A stretch of 64,000 nucleotides of DNA from positions 213,962,001 to 214,026,000 of the forward strand of contig OZ024743.1 of assembly GCA_964016885.1 (NCBI GenBank). The letters run 5' to 3'. This stretch comes from Eledone cirrhosa (taxonomy: Eukaryota). Shown here one piece after another: positions 26,401-39,513 of the stretch. The notes below the pieces were generated by a model that had not been told where the DNA came from, searched no databases, and was given only the letters and a program-made list of their open reading frames with translations. Position numbers and translations under genes: made by a program. Positions within the stretch are counted from its first letter, which is position 1. The number at the start of each line of letters is the position of its first letter.

Positions 26401-27520
26401 ATGATGCAAAACAATAATGAAATAGATAAATGGCGTGAATGGGCCTAGAACCAATCAGCAAGAAGGTCTCTCCCTCGGTATGTTTAGAGACCCCCAGCAA
26501 CAAGGGAAGTAATCTGGCTGCGGACAATCATTACCAAATAACAGATCACACACAGAATGTACATGTAGCTAGACAGAAATGGACGAGTACGTTACAATGA
26601 ATGAAAGCCATGAAAGACATTCAGACTGATTGAACCATACACTTTATAAGTGAGAATCATGTAGAAAAGAGTTTTGTCTTTGGGTATGATTACTAAATTT
26701 TGTATTTGCATTTTTTTGCCAAATTTTTATATCTGAACACGTGTGTTGAAAGAGATATTGTTATATATATATTTTTTTAGGGAGGGTGGGGGTTATGCTG
26801 TTAATGAAAAAAAACAAAAAAAAAACAACATAAGCACCTGTAGAGTTTCACTTCAGTTTGTTCTTATAATTTTTTTTATTGGCAGCATGATCCTCCCGAA
26901 GTTTAACAATTTCATAAATGATCAGCATATATGTACAAATGATAAACATGATCAAATGCATGTGTAAAGTTACAAAATTAACTTTTATAGGAACGAATGA
27001 ATGAAACCAGGGACTTGTTAAAACAAATATAGTATGTTAGGAATTTGTGACTGAGATAGGAAATTCATTGAGTGTATGTGTGTGTTTAAAGGTTTACAGA
27101 TGTTGATCTATGTATAAATAAATATACAAATACATATTTATTATGGCTGATTGTTTAAATGTCTTATATGTGTGTTTTATGAAATCTTTCACTGAAGATA
27201 TTTAAAAAGATCTTACCTTTGATGTATGAACAGCTTTCTATATCTTTTTGTACGGCATAAATTTTAGTCATTAAGTAATTTCTTTCATATAATTTCAAAT
27301 ATCACACGAACACGATTTATGTACTAAGAGTTACTTTCTGTCTTTATTCTATCTCATCGTTTTTACACTGAATGTGTTCATCAGAAGATTCTTAGAAGTT
27401 CTGAATATCTCAATATTTTAAATTTTGATTTGCATATGAAAACATTTTGTCAAAGTTAAAGATCTCTCTCTCTCTCTCTCTCTCTCACTCTCTCTCTCTC
27501 TCTCTATCTCCCTTTCTCTC

Positions 27521-27560
<40 letters not shown>

Positions 27561-27564
<4 letters not shown>

Positions 27565-27758
27565 AGTTATTCAGGGTTGAATCGGAGGTAACCACAGTAA
27601 GTAAGGTACTCAATACATAGCAGAGTATAAAAGTTTTAATATAGAAGAGCTTCTACAGGACCAGAACTGTTTCATTCGTTAGAAATCATCAGAAATCCTG
27701 ATGATTTCTCACGGATGAAAAAGTTCTAGTCCTGTAGAAGCTCTTCTATATTAAAACT
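27561..27758. mobile_element. Palindromic pLTR fragment: two HHR cores head-to-head
   Basis: 61-bp arms 27632-27692 / 27698-27758; each begins CTGATGA t ttc..GAAA..GTC ctgtag but lacks the 5' strand of stem I. Confidence 0.8.
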
Positions 27759-27781
27759 ATATATATACTGTATATATATAT

Positions 27782-27938
<157 letters not shown>

Positions 27939-30113
27939 TATATACATATATATGGGAATAAATATATAGAGAGAGTGAGAGAGTGAAACAGGAGATATAT
28001 ATATAGATAGATAAATAGATATAGATATTTAGGCAACGATGTATATACGTTCAGGCACATACACGCACATAAATCCACATGTAAACACACATACATGTAG
28101 ACAGACAAATGTATACAGAATATCACATATGAAGCTGGATTCTTTATTATTATACCCCTCTCGTTGTGTATCTTCCATCCATTCCGATAATTATATCGTT
28201 TCCCACCATGTCTTCAGCTTATCTGTATCATTAAATCACAATTTTTATATTCTTCGTTTGTTATATTCTCCCCATCACTTAATCTAATTTATTATATTCT
28301 TCCAGTGCCTGAATTTTATATTTTGTCAAGATAAATTATCTTATCGTAACTAAATTAGCCTTCAGCTAAAAGATTCCTTAGTCAACATCGAACACAATCC
28401 AGAAGCACATAATTTTAAAATATATTTAACAGAAGTGTTTTAAGAATGATGTTTGTATATAATTTAATACATACATATATATGTAAAATATAATTTATAC
28501 CAGTATGGTATATAACTGCTTGAAGCGAAACCGTAATTGTGGCTCACATGGTAAAAGAGATGTGAACCGATTTGCTCTGTTTAGATACAAGAATAAATTA
28601 AACCGTCGTTTAATATGTTGTATCGTTGAAGATATTTGTCGTACATATTTTGATTTACAGAATACTATCTACTATTTTCTCTAGTTTTGTACATACATAA
28701 AAAATTGCTATCCTAATATACTGTAAATTAATATATATGAATGGATGTTAGGATGTAAATATACAGGGTATACTCAGAAAATGTATACACCTGTACATGC
28801 AATATTTATTAGAATGCTGTTGAAGTGTGTATACATTTTGGGGGTGAAACCTTGTATATTTCTAAGTTTCACTAATGTTTGTAAATTTACGTACAACGTA
28901 TTAACATTGTAATTAACCTGCAATACACAGAGGCTCAACATATTTTGATACTTATGCAATGGAAAAAATCGGTGAAAAAAGAGTTAGTATATTCTAATAA
29001 GAACCTTCACTGATTTAGATAAATACTATATATAATGTTGTCCAATGTAGCCACGTTTCTGCTGCTTGAATATCATTTCAATTGCTAATATTTCCAGAAT
29101 TTATCAGTAAATCTTCCAAAAGCAACAACTTTATGTAAATCCTCAAATATAAAGCCAAATTCCTATCGTGAAGCATTGAGACGTATGTGACATTTCGTCT
29201 AAATATTTCTTTTTTCATTTGAATCAGTTCACATACACAAATATTGATTATGCTAGTATAACAACAATTTTCATTGGATTGCTAGTACGGTAATACCTCT
29301 AGAATTTATGCAGTTACTTTTCCAAAACAATTATGTTATTTTCCCCAACAAATATGCAAATTAACAGCTATAAAGCAAAATAACTTGTATCACTTGATAT
29401 TCTTTTATACTGTTGAATTGATATTCTTTTATAGCATATTAGAATTCATTACGTAATTTCATGTTAAAAACGAAAGCGCTGTTAAAGGAAAGGAAATAAT
29501 TATTACAGAATTACTATACAAATTGTTCATAAAACACTGAACATTCTTGCCAGTATTTGCCATGCATGTTTCTTTCATATTCATTTATTGCCCCCCTTCT
29601 TTCATTTCATTTCTTAATCTTTGATGCTACTTCACTATTAATCTTGCAGATGATTTATCATCTCTAAGTATTAGTTTTTCATTTACATTTTCCTGATCTT
29701 CGTACATACACATAATCCCTATCTCATCCTGACGATTCATTTGCCTCGATATTTTAAAATTATTTTAACTAATCACTATTATTTGTAGCAAAATTCGTGT
29801 TACCTCTTGATATATTAATTCCGACCATCTACTGGTCGTTACATTTTCCTCTCTCACTAAATATTACCACCCACCATTTGTGTTCCGTCATTTAATTTTT
29901 ATTCCTTGCTTTCTATATAATGTCATGTTTTTGATTTATAATTTTTGTTTTATAATGTTTCTACGTTAAATGACGGAAAATAATTGGTGGCATTGCTAAC
30001 TCACTTTCGCCCCTTTTGTCTGTCTTTCTTTCTATACTTTCATATATATATATGAGATTTCAGAAGGTGAAACGAAAACACAACAGTTCTCTCTCTCCCC
30101 CTCTCTCTCTCTC

Positions 30114-30246
<133 letters not shown>

Positions 30247-30283
30247 CACACACATATATATATACATATATATATATGTGTAT

Positions 30284-31049
30284 ATAGTAATATTACTAAA
30301 TTTGAAGACTAAAATCCAAAGATGGCTCGATAAGGATAAATATATATCAAATATATAAGAACCCCAGAGCAAGTATTTATTAAAATAACAGATTAAAGAT
30401 TAAGCAAATAATCGCTGCTTTCACCCTTATCGGGATCTTCTGAAACTAAAAAAGTCAATTGTGAACGCAGAAGTAAATATTTTAAAATACATTGCAACCG
30501 TAGGAAGACAGGAAGACGATACTTTGGTCCGTGGAAACGTTCCCTGGCAAATAACGGGAAAAAAACGAAGATAATACGTCATTATTTGTAGCGGTGCAAA
30601 ACAATTACACGCAAAGACAAAACCACGTGTATGGTACAAACAAAGTCGTAGACTAATATTCTATTAGGTCGTTCATGGAGACGTTCTCTGGCAATGAACG
30701 GAAAAACGAAGATGATACGTCATATGTGGAGCGGTGAGAACAATTGCACTCAAAGACAAAACCACGTAAATGGTATAACTGAAGTCGTAGACTAAAATTC
30801 TAACTAGGAAACCGAATGATTCACGGCTTCAGAGTTAAGAATAAAGTAAATAAAATACAGAGGTAATTGAAATTAAATAAATACATACACGCATCCATAT
30901 ATGTACATACACAAGCATACGCGAAAACACTCACCATAAGTATACAAATACAAGCACGTACACATAAAAAAAACTCGCACGCCCATACAGAACACACGCA
31001 ACGCCTGTACCCGCACACATACGAATGTATACACCAAATACACATAAAA

Positions 31050-31090
<41 letters not shown>

Positions 31091-31474
31091 CGTGTATACA
31101 TATAATTAAACAAACGTATATAAATAAATACGTATATAACGCGCGCGCACAGATACCTACATGTAAATACACATATTTTCGGAGACTACGTCAACCAGAA
31201 CACAAAGTACACATATACACACACCCTACATACGTACGAACCCTCATACTCACACAGACGCAAAACTCGTGTATACACATAACCAAATGCATATGTACCA
31301 GAATATATAATATATACGCCATAAGGTATACAATCAAATATACGTACGAGAAAGTATACGTACCTTCACAAAACATACAGGTAATATATACTTACCTATA
31401 CAAATAAGTAATGGTATAAGTATAACATATACTTAGATACCACATGAAGACATAAAATATCCGTGTATAGTTCG
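30284..31474 (-). repeat. 3' pseudo-LTR (contains internal ~140-bp duplication and HHR-like motif at 30397-30447)
   Basis: Aligns end to end with 33644-34873. Confidence 0.9.
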
Positions 31475-31499
31475 TACTATCAGTTAGGGTATATGTGGG

Positions 31500-33601
31500 A
31501 CTGTAATACAGGACATTTTTGTGAAATTTATGTTTACAAGCCGAAATTGCCTAAGATGTTTTGTTTAAGACGGGGACTTTGGCGTAGAGTATTTCCAGGG
31601 CCTCAGCGGCGCAGAGGTCACTAGGTCTTTTATTTCCGTTATACGATCTAGCCTTAACTAGAATCTCCCAGTGTAACTCATATTGCGTGTGGTTGTCTTT
31701 TAGACTCCAGATATAAGCTGAAAGTGACGTCATATTCCTTCTTAAAGGGTTACGAAAAGAATGGGTATGCATGTAAAGACGCTGCTTGAATCTATTGGCG
31801 GTTAACCCTATGTAGGCCCTACGGGACGTGGGTGTTACAACCTTACATTTGTAGACAATGTTACTAGAGAGGCATTTCCCGGATAGGGGCCAGTCATCCC
31901 GATTCCTACAATTACAGTTAGTACTAACTACAGGGTTGCACGTGTTCCAACGGTTAGGTAGTTTAGCTAAATTTGAAGCTGTGATGTTATGTGCAAGGTT
32001 AGGAGTCGTAGAGTAAGAAATGTTAATGGTATTTCTATTAAAAATGTTACTATATTTATGTGTAGGGGGAAAATACTTCATAATAAGGGAGAGAAAGATC
32101 TTAGCTAATGGTGTGGCCACCTCCATATTATATGGTGGGTTATACCATATAATGCGTCGGATCTATTTTCTCTAGGTCTATTCTTGTACTCTGTATATGC
32201 TACCTTATCGACAAATCCACTCCGAGCAAGAGCCTCATCGTAATATGTAGAATGATCGTTTAAAATATGCTCGTTAGTAGATAGACGGGAAAGCCTCAAA
32301 GAAACGTTTCTTACCAGGTTATTGGTTATGCTGGCAGGATGGTTTGAATGCTTACTTATATAATTAAGCGTATCGTTCGGCTTTCTATACGGGTAGTGCA
32401 AGCCATTCGATAAATTGAGGGTAACGTCGAGTTAATTAACGACCGAGAGGTTGGCCTCAACCTGTATGGAGAGGTTGAAGCCTTTAAAGAAGGCTGTGAG
32501 TTCTTTTCTGAACCAGTCGCAAGCACGTGGGCCGCACTTTGTCATGGTCAAAAAACCATCATCACGGTACAAACCACCGCCCACGTTGGGGAATTCTTCT
32601 TAGATAGAGAAAAGAAGGAAAAGGCCGTTAACATCAGTAACCTCCGCAGAATAGCTAGCGCCCATACTCACGTCGAATGGGGTACTATTAGATTTTTTAA
32701 TCCAAATAGACTCTTCGAAATTAATCACCGACTTACAGGCATTGAGGATGACATCAACTTCGAAATCCTTAACCACTGTGAGTGTTTAGCGAAATTGATA
32801 GCTCTAAGGAGAAGAGGTAAAGTGATGGAGGAGTAGTAATTATTGATGTAGAATTGGATAAAACGGCAATGTTCCTTGTTGCATATGCCGTTGAACCAAT
32901 CAATCACTGCGAAAGAATTGTTCCACAGTGCAAGAGGGGCCAAACTTCTAATTTCAGGTATAATTCTATCTAGAATCCTTTTACTAAGTCTACCTAAATC
33001 GGACTTCGTAGGGTTAATAAGCAGAATAGAGGGGTTGTTCGGAACATTGGATTTGTGATCCTTCAGGGTAAAGTGGGGAGAAATAGGGTCCAGAAGTTCA
33101 ATGCGGTCCACGATGTTGTGATCAGAGGTAATTTTAAACCCAGCATCGTTGATTTCATTAATGACGCTCCGATTAGTTTTACGGTAATCCTTAGTAACAG
33201 CATTATGTAGCAGTTGATTGTAAGTACTGCGCTCCACTTGATATAGATTGCCAGTTTTGTCGGAATGGACGTGCACGGTATTAGAATCCTTAATAGAACG
33301 AATTCTATTCTTCAGGTCCCGATGGAATGAAATGCTCCTATTCCGAAATTTGATACTCCGTATGAGTTCCAAGACATCATTTTGGAAAGGTAGCCATGCT
33401 GGATTATTGGAGGGTTATTATAGGTTTTAAACCCAAATTTATCCTGTTTGTTGTCTGCTTTTCCCTGATTATCGAAATAAAAGGCACGCCAACGGAACCT
33501 TTTAAGGAACGCATCTGTTTTTTTATCAGGAGTTTTAGATATGTTTTCCTGATTGGTACGGATATGTCCTTTGTAGAAATACTCAGATGTTGTTTCTGCA
33601 T
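31500..33601 (-). pseudogene. PLE reverse transcriptase + C-terminal GIY-YIG endonuclease (frameshifted)
   Basis: ATG at 33601; STKDISVP..FLKRFRWRAFYF..SDKTGNLY..TLKDHK..LINPTKSDLG..FDVSMGASYSAEVTD..GGLYRDDG..PYRKPN..SNHP..WYNPPY..CNCR..PLSGKC..IVYKC..YIGLTANRFKQR..H..LSAYIWSLKD..LC..E..LNK..CKH; several frameshifts and stops. Confidence 0.95.
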
Positions 33602-33643
33602 GATGAATATAAGTCAAATAGAGTGCTCAAACGAGGGAGCCAA

Positions 33644-34419
33644 ATAGTAATAATAATAAATTTGAAGACTAAAATCCAAAGAGGGCTCGATAACGATAAA
33701 TGTATATCAAATATATAAGAACCGTAGAGCAAATATTTATTAAAATAATAGATTAAAGTTTAAGCAAATAATCGCTGCTTTCACATTTAATGGGATCTTC
33801 TGAAACTAAAAAAGTCAATCTGTGAACGCAGAAGTAAATATTTCAAAACATGTTGCAACCGGAGGAAGACAGGTAGACGATACTTTGGTTCGTGGAAACG
33901 TTCCCTGGCAAAGAACGGGAAAAAACGAAGATAATACATCATTATTTGGAGCGGTGAAAAACAATTACACGCAAAGACAAAACCACGTTTATGGTATAAA
34001 AGAAGTCGTAGACTAATATTCGATTAGGTCGTTAATGGAGACGTTCTCTGGCAATGGGCGGAAAAAAACGAATATAATACGTCATATGTGGATCGTGGAG
34101 AACAATTGAACGCAAAGACAAAACCACGTAAACGTTATAACTGAAGTCGTAGACTAAAATTCTAACTAGGAAACCGAATGATGCACGGCTACAGAGTTAA
34201 GAATAAAGTAACTAAAATACAGAGGTAATTGAAATTAAATAAATACATACACGCATCCATATACATACATACACAAGCATACGCGAAAACACTCGCCATA
34301 GGTATACAAATACAAGCACGTACACATAAAAAAACCCGCATGCACATACAGAATACACGCAACGCCTGTACCAGCACACATACGAATGTATACACAAAAT
34401 ACACATAAAAATATATATA

Positions 34420-34490
<71 letters not shown>

Positions 34491-34873
34491 ATACATATAA
34501 TTAAATAAACGTATATAAATAAATAAATACGTATATAACGTACGCAGACAGATACCTACATGTAAATACACATATGTTCGGAGACTACGTCAACCAAAAC
34601 ACAAAGTACACATATACATACACCCTACTTACGTACGAACCCGCATACTCACACAGACGCAAAAGTCACGTATACACATAACCAAATGCATATGTATCAG
34701 GATATATAATATATACGCCATAACATATACAATCAAATATACGTACGAGAAAGTATACGTACCTTCACAAAACATACAGGTAATATATACTTACCTATAC
34801 AAATAAGTAATGTTATAAACATAACATATACTTAGCTACCACATCAAGACATAAAATATCCGCGTATAGTTCG
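33644..34873 (-). repeat. 5' pseudo-LTR (HHR-like motif at 33757-33807)
   Basis: agttt CAGAAGA t cccattaaatg t GAAA gca..tgc TT aaact on minus strand, ~150 nt upstream of the ATG. Confidence 0.9.
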
Positions 34874-35474
34874 ATCAGACGAGAGGGACTAGATATCCAA
34901 CTAGCCAACTCAGGACATTCTCTACGCGGACAGCTCACCAAAAGACACTCCACCAACTGCCCCATTAACGACACAGACCTATTCCACCAGGCTTACATCG
35001 TATACATATTATTTGGACAAATGCAGCAATTTCTACATAGGTAACACCACCAGACCACTTCACATAAGAATAAAAGAACACCTCAATACTAACTCTTCCT
35101 CATTTAAAAAAACACCTAGTGAAATGCAAACACACCGACAAAAACAATAGTTAGGATAGAAGCTAAGGAAAGAAATCTCTGCAATCTTAGAATTAAAGAA
35201 GCACTAATTATAGACGAAACCACCAATCAATAATAGACTAGAACTCAACACTCAATTTTTAACATGATACAGCACCTAGCCCCACGCTTACACCTCGCAC
35301 ACACACAAGTACACACTCACACACACGCACGCACACACTCACACACACACACTTACAGCTGCAATTATTCTCTCTCACACCCACACATACACGCACAAAG
35401 ACCAGTTTTAACATGATAGAGTATCTAGCCCCCACATTTACATATAGACATATCATCTCACACTCTTTCTCACA

Positions 35475-35505
<31 letters not shown>

Positions 35506-35876
35506 GCATGCTTACACCTTCACGTATTCTCCCAAAACACACTTAAACATACATGCCCAAACCCCTTTTAAAGGGAGACAACTCTTTATCCACCTAACCT
35601 TCATTGGAAATAAAATGGAATTTCTATACAATTTTCTGTCAGAATGTTGGCAAGCTAATTAGAACACTGGATTAACCCCTTTACTTCCCTCCGAAGAAGA
35701 GATATTATCTCGAAAATTAAGGATATTCAAATACATTTAAGGTAAAAGACTAATTGTCAGCAATATCTTTTGCATTTGTATTTATATTCTATATCCATAC
35801 CTGCATTGTTTTGGCCTTCTAACTCAAAAACGTTTATACCTCATTACGCAATGCTTCAAGTAAACTACAATTTCCT

Positions 35877-35880
<4 letters not shown>
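34874..35880 (+). mobile_element. 5'-truncated PLE of a different clade (GIY-YIG fragment + 3' region)
   Basis: IVY..DKCSNFYIGNTTRPLHIRIKEHL..SS..KHL.KC..LRIKEALII..INNRLE at ~34990-35250; weak minimal HHR-like CCGAAGA agagat att atctc GAAA at 35691-35715; ends in (TA)n. Confidence 0.8.
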
Positions 35881-35921
<41 letters not shown>

Positions 35922-36132
35922 TTATAAATATATATATATATATATAGTTGTTATATAGTAAGGTGCATTATTGGTTGTGTAAAATGGTCCAATAACTTTA
36001 TGTTAGCAATATTAAGTTCTCCACGCTTTTGTATATCTCCAATTCCATTCAAGGGAACAGCTAGATGATGTAAAACGGAGTATAAGTATCAAAATCAAAA
36101 TCCGAAGGCATGGTAACATTCCAATAATTTAA

Positions 36133-36206
36133 TCACGACGCATGTTTCAATAAGAGATAGATCGATTGTGAACCCATGATCAATTATCACTGATCTCATC
36201 AGGTGA
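36133..36206 (-). ncRNA. Type I HHR
   Basis: tcac CTGATGA gatcagtgata..tatctcttatt GAAAC atgc GTC gtga. Partner copy 40979-41052 (+) has CTGTTGA (A6U). Confidence 0.8.
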
Positions 36207-37570
36207 AAATGAATTGTCTTCAAATTCTTGATATGAGGGAGAAAAATAACGATGTTCTCTCTCAGAATTCATTACCTCATATGAAGACTCCAGTCAGTCA
36301 GAGACACGGCGACTGCTATTAACGTCAGTTGAGGTCATAACAGTTTTCAGATTTCTATCGCTGCAAGAGACGCTGGAAATCAATCAAATCTGTAGGGATA
36401 CAGTCAGTCCCACCCACATACACCGGCTCGAGGTCAAAGAAAAATATATACATATATATACACACATCAACACAGTATTAAACCTGTAGAGTTAGTGTGG
36501 GAGGGTACACACACACTCTCACACACACCGAAGCGATGTCCGAGAAAAAACAAATACAAGAAAACAAATATAAGTATGTACCAACACAGCACTCACCGAA
36601 AGTTAGTTCACAAAACAACAGAAGCTATATTGGTCAAATCTCAATTTGACGATGTAAATTGGAAATATTGGGTTAACCAACGCCCATACAACACACACAC
36701 ACACAAGCAAGTAAGTTCAGCTCAGTGTTCTGCTATATGTGTATAGATTGAATTGTAACATCCATATCTTCAAGTGTATTTTATGGTATATACACATCCG
36801 AATCGTCCAAAAACGGGTATGTCCGGGAATATACACATACATGTGAAGAGCAAGCAATCAGCTCATATCGAACTCAGTATGTACCGCTGTCCCATTGAAA
36901 ATCCGAGTTTCAAAATCTGTGCGTGCAAGCAACCGCAATGTAGGCCAGCAAAGAGCTCCGTGTCGGGTTGAGTATTGGGTAAATGTGTCCGTAAGTGCGA
37001 TTTCCCGTCATATGGGCCAATGCGCTTTTAAGATAGTTGTTTGAGTGATGGAGGTGTGTTATCCAACACAGAAGGTGAAGTAAAAAAACACAGATAGTAA
37101 AATCCAAAGGATGTGTGTAGGCCCATTAATGGTGTGTCAGTATTATTGTTCAATCCGTAACAGTGATTCCTCCATGGTTAGATGATCACGGGTCAAATCC
37201 TAGTGTAGTGTTCAGTCGGTAGGAACGTGACAGTCGTAATTGTGGGAGCTCAATGTCTAAAGGAAACGGGTACTGTGTGTAGAGTTATGTATAGAGAGCC
37301 TAATCGGTCCTAACTAAGTGTGTAATACGACTAGCTATATCCCAACTGAGAGAACTCAATGGTTAGGGTATCTTAAAGTAAAGGTAGGCGCGCGAAATCG
37401 GTCATGTCTGAGTGAGCAATCAATTACTAACTAGGTATACTAAGTGTGTAATCAATCTAACTATTTACTAGCTAGTTATTCTAAAAAAGTGTACTCAGCT
37501 GCGAGAACTCCGTGGAAACAGGCCGAGTATCGTTTGTAAGTGCGCAAACAATCTTAGCCGTCTAACTTCT

Positions 37571-39513
37571 AGGTAGGGCCCTTAACATTGCTAGCTTACA
37601 CACCGACCTTACATCCGAAGAAATTAACATTATTCTCCTATCTGGAAAAACCTTAATTGATTTCAGCGGTGACCTGTGGACCAGGAAGGATTGGCCAAGC
37701 AATTTTGACATCACCATGGGATCCACGGACTCGGCCCAGGTGACGGATCTGGTGGGCCTTTACGTCTTTGACTGTCTCAGAGTGGAAAAGCCCCACTTGG
37801 AAGGCGGCGCTTACCGTGACGACGTTTTGTTTACTGTATCGTTCCATAATAATAGTATGGTAGAGAGGGTGAGGAAAAAACTAAGCAAATTCTTCAAGAA
37901 CATAGACCTAAGTATAGTATTTGAAGAGAACTTATAGATAGTTAATTTTCTAGATGTTACACTTAACCTCAATTCAGGACTGTTCCAACCCTACCACAAA
38001 CCCAACGAGAATCTAAACTATATCAACGCAAAATCGAACCACCCTAGAATAGTCACTAACGGTATTACCAAAAACGACTCTAGTAGAATTTCAGGACTAT
38101 CTTCCAATGAAGATACCTTTAATAAGATCTCGAATTACTATAATAGCGACCTGGAACGCGCGGGGCATAGCGAGGGAATCTCATTCAAACGACCATTAAA
38201 TAGTAGCAGCAACATTGCCTGCGATAGCTTAGGCCTAAATAGTGACACTCTAGTTAACAGCAGGCGTGATACGAGGGAAGATTTATATAGACTTCATATT
38301 ATATTGCCGCCTAGTCCCAATGCTGTTGGTACCAATAGAAACAACCACCCAGGTACTAACACGGGGTCAAAGCAACGTAACGCCAGCGGAAAGTCTAATG
38401 GTAACCTTAATTGTGGAACCGATAAAACTACCATTGAACGCAGTATAGAACGAGGGTCGAGTAAGGGGAATAGGGACAGGTATGGCAGACGCAGAGTGGA
38501 TACAACCCCGGCTATCCAGGGTAATCCAATGGCCGCACGGGGGGTACACCGCCCTGGAGAGTTGGGACGATTCCGAACACAATCGTGACACCCGAGGACA
38601 CCATCGACCCACAGGCAATTTCCAGTTACAATAGACCAGTAACTACTAGGGAGAGAGGTAATTCTAATATAGTTAGTAAGAATAAGAGGCATCGGACCAG
38701 AAAAGTGCTGTGGTATAATCCGCCTTACTCCACTGGCCTGACCACTAGTATAGCTAAGCTTTTCTTTAGGGTCTTAGACAAATGCTTCCCTAGATCGCAC
38801 AGAGATTATAAACTATTCAATAGAAATGCCATAAAGCTGTCCTACACTAAAACTAGTAACATAGCTCAGAATATAGCTAAGTTGAATTATAGTAGACTTA
38901 GGACAGCCCATGAGGGAATTAGGCATGGCAGGAACAATGGCAGCTCTATGGAGGAACTGACTCATACACGTGAGGCGAGTCAGGTCTCTCCAACTCCAGG
39001 GAATTTACCCATAGAGCAGACAGGGACTGAGACCCGACCCCAAAAGTAACGTGGTCCACCTGGAACTACCCAAGTCGATAGCAAAAAATGTAACTGCAGA
39101 AGCACCACCACCTGCCCCATGGCTGGGAAATGCCTTACCAAAAACATAGTCTATGACTGTAAGGTCTCCACTTCTGATATGTCCTTTAGGTATGTTGGGG
39201 CAACTGTCACGGAATTTAAGGATAGATTGTATAATCACCGCCATACCTTTAATAGATAAGATAAAAAAATAGCACGGCACTTTCTGAATTAGTCTGGAAG
39301 CTTAAACATCAAAATATAGAGCACTCCTTATCCTGCTCCATAGTTTTCTCAGCCCAAACTTATAACGGCAGCACTGGCGTCTGCAATTTATGTATAGCTG
39401 AAACTTTTAATATTATTAGAGACGGCCCCCTATTAATTAATAGGAGAGCAGATTTTTTCAGCAACTGCCAACATAGAACCTTGAAAACCTTCCGCAGGAT
39501 TTTTGGAAGGTAA
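37571..39513 (+). pseudogene. PLE RT (from motif 4) + GIY-YIG, Hydra-clade-like, with expanded linkers
   Basis: FDITMGSTDSAQVTDLVGL..GGAYRDD..VNFLDVTLNL..PYHKPN..SNHP..RKVLWYNPPYS..CNCRSTTTCPMAGKCLTKNIVYDC..YVGAT..FKDR.YNH..CNLCIAE..INRR..CQH; stops and frameshifts. Confidence 0.93.

Larger units (their letters stand above)
30284..34873 (-). mobile_element. Near-full-length PLE (Hydra-clade-like) with direct pseudo-LTRs
   Basis: Direct repeats 30284-31474 and 33644-34873 flank an RT + GIY-YIG ORF; 3' end abuts (TA)n. Confidence 0.92.

Noticed and set aside
30284-34873. LTR retrotransposon interpretation of the direct repeats
   Set aside because: No gag, protease, integrase, TG..CA ends or PBS; RT+GIY-YIG identifies PLE pseudo-LTRs.
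31500-39513. Selenocysteine or readthrough recoding of PLE stops, as in Naiad PLEs
   Set aside because: Stops inspected are mostly TAA/TAG, are accompanied by frameshifts and are not at conserved Cys positions; domain order is RT-EN.
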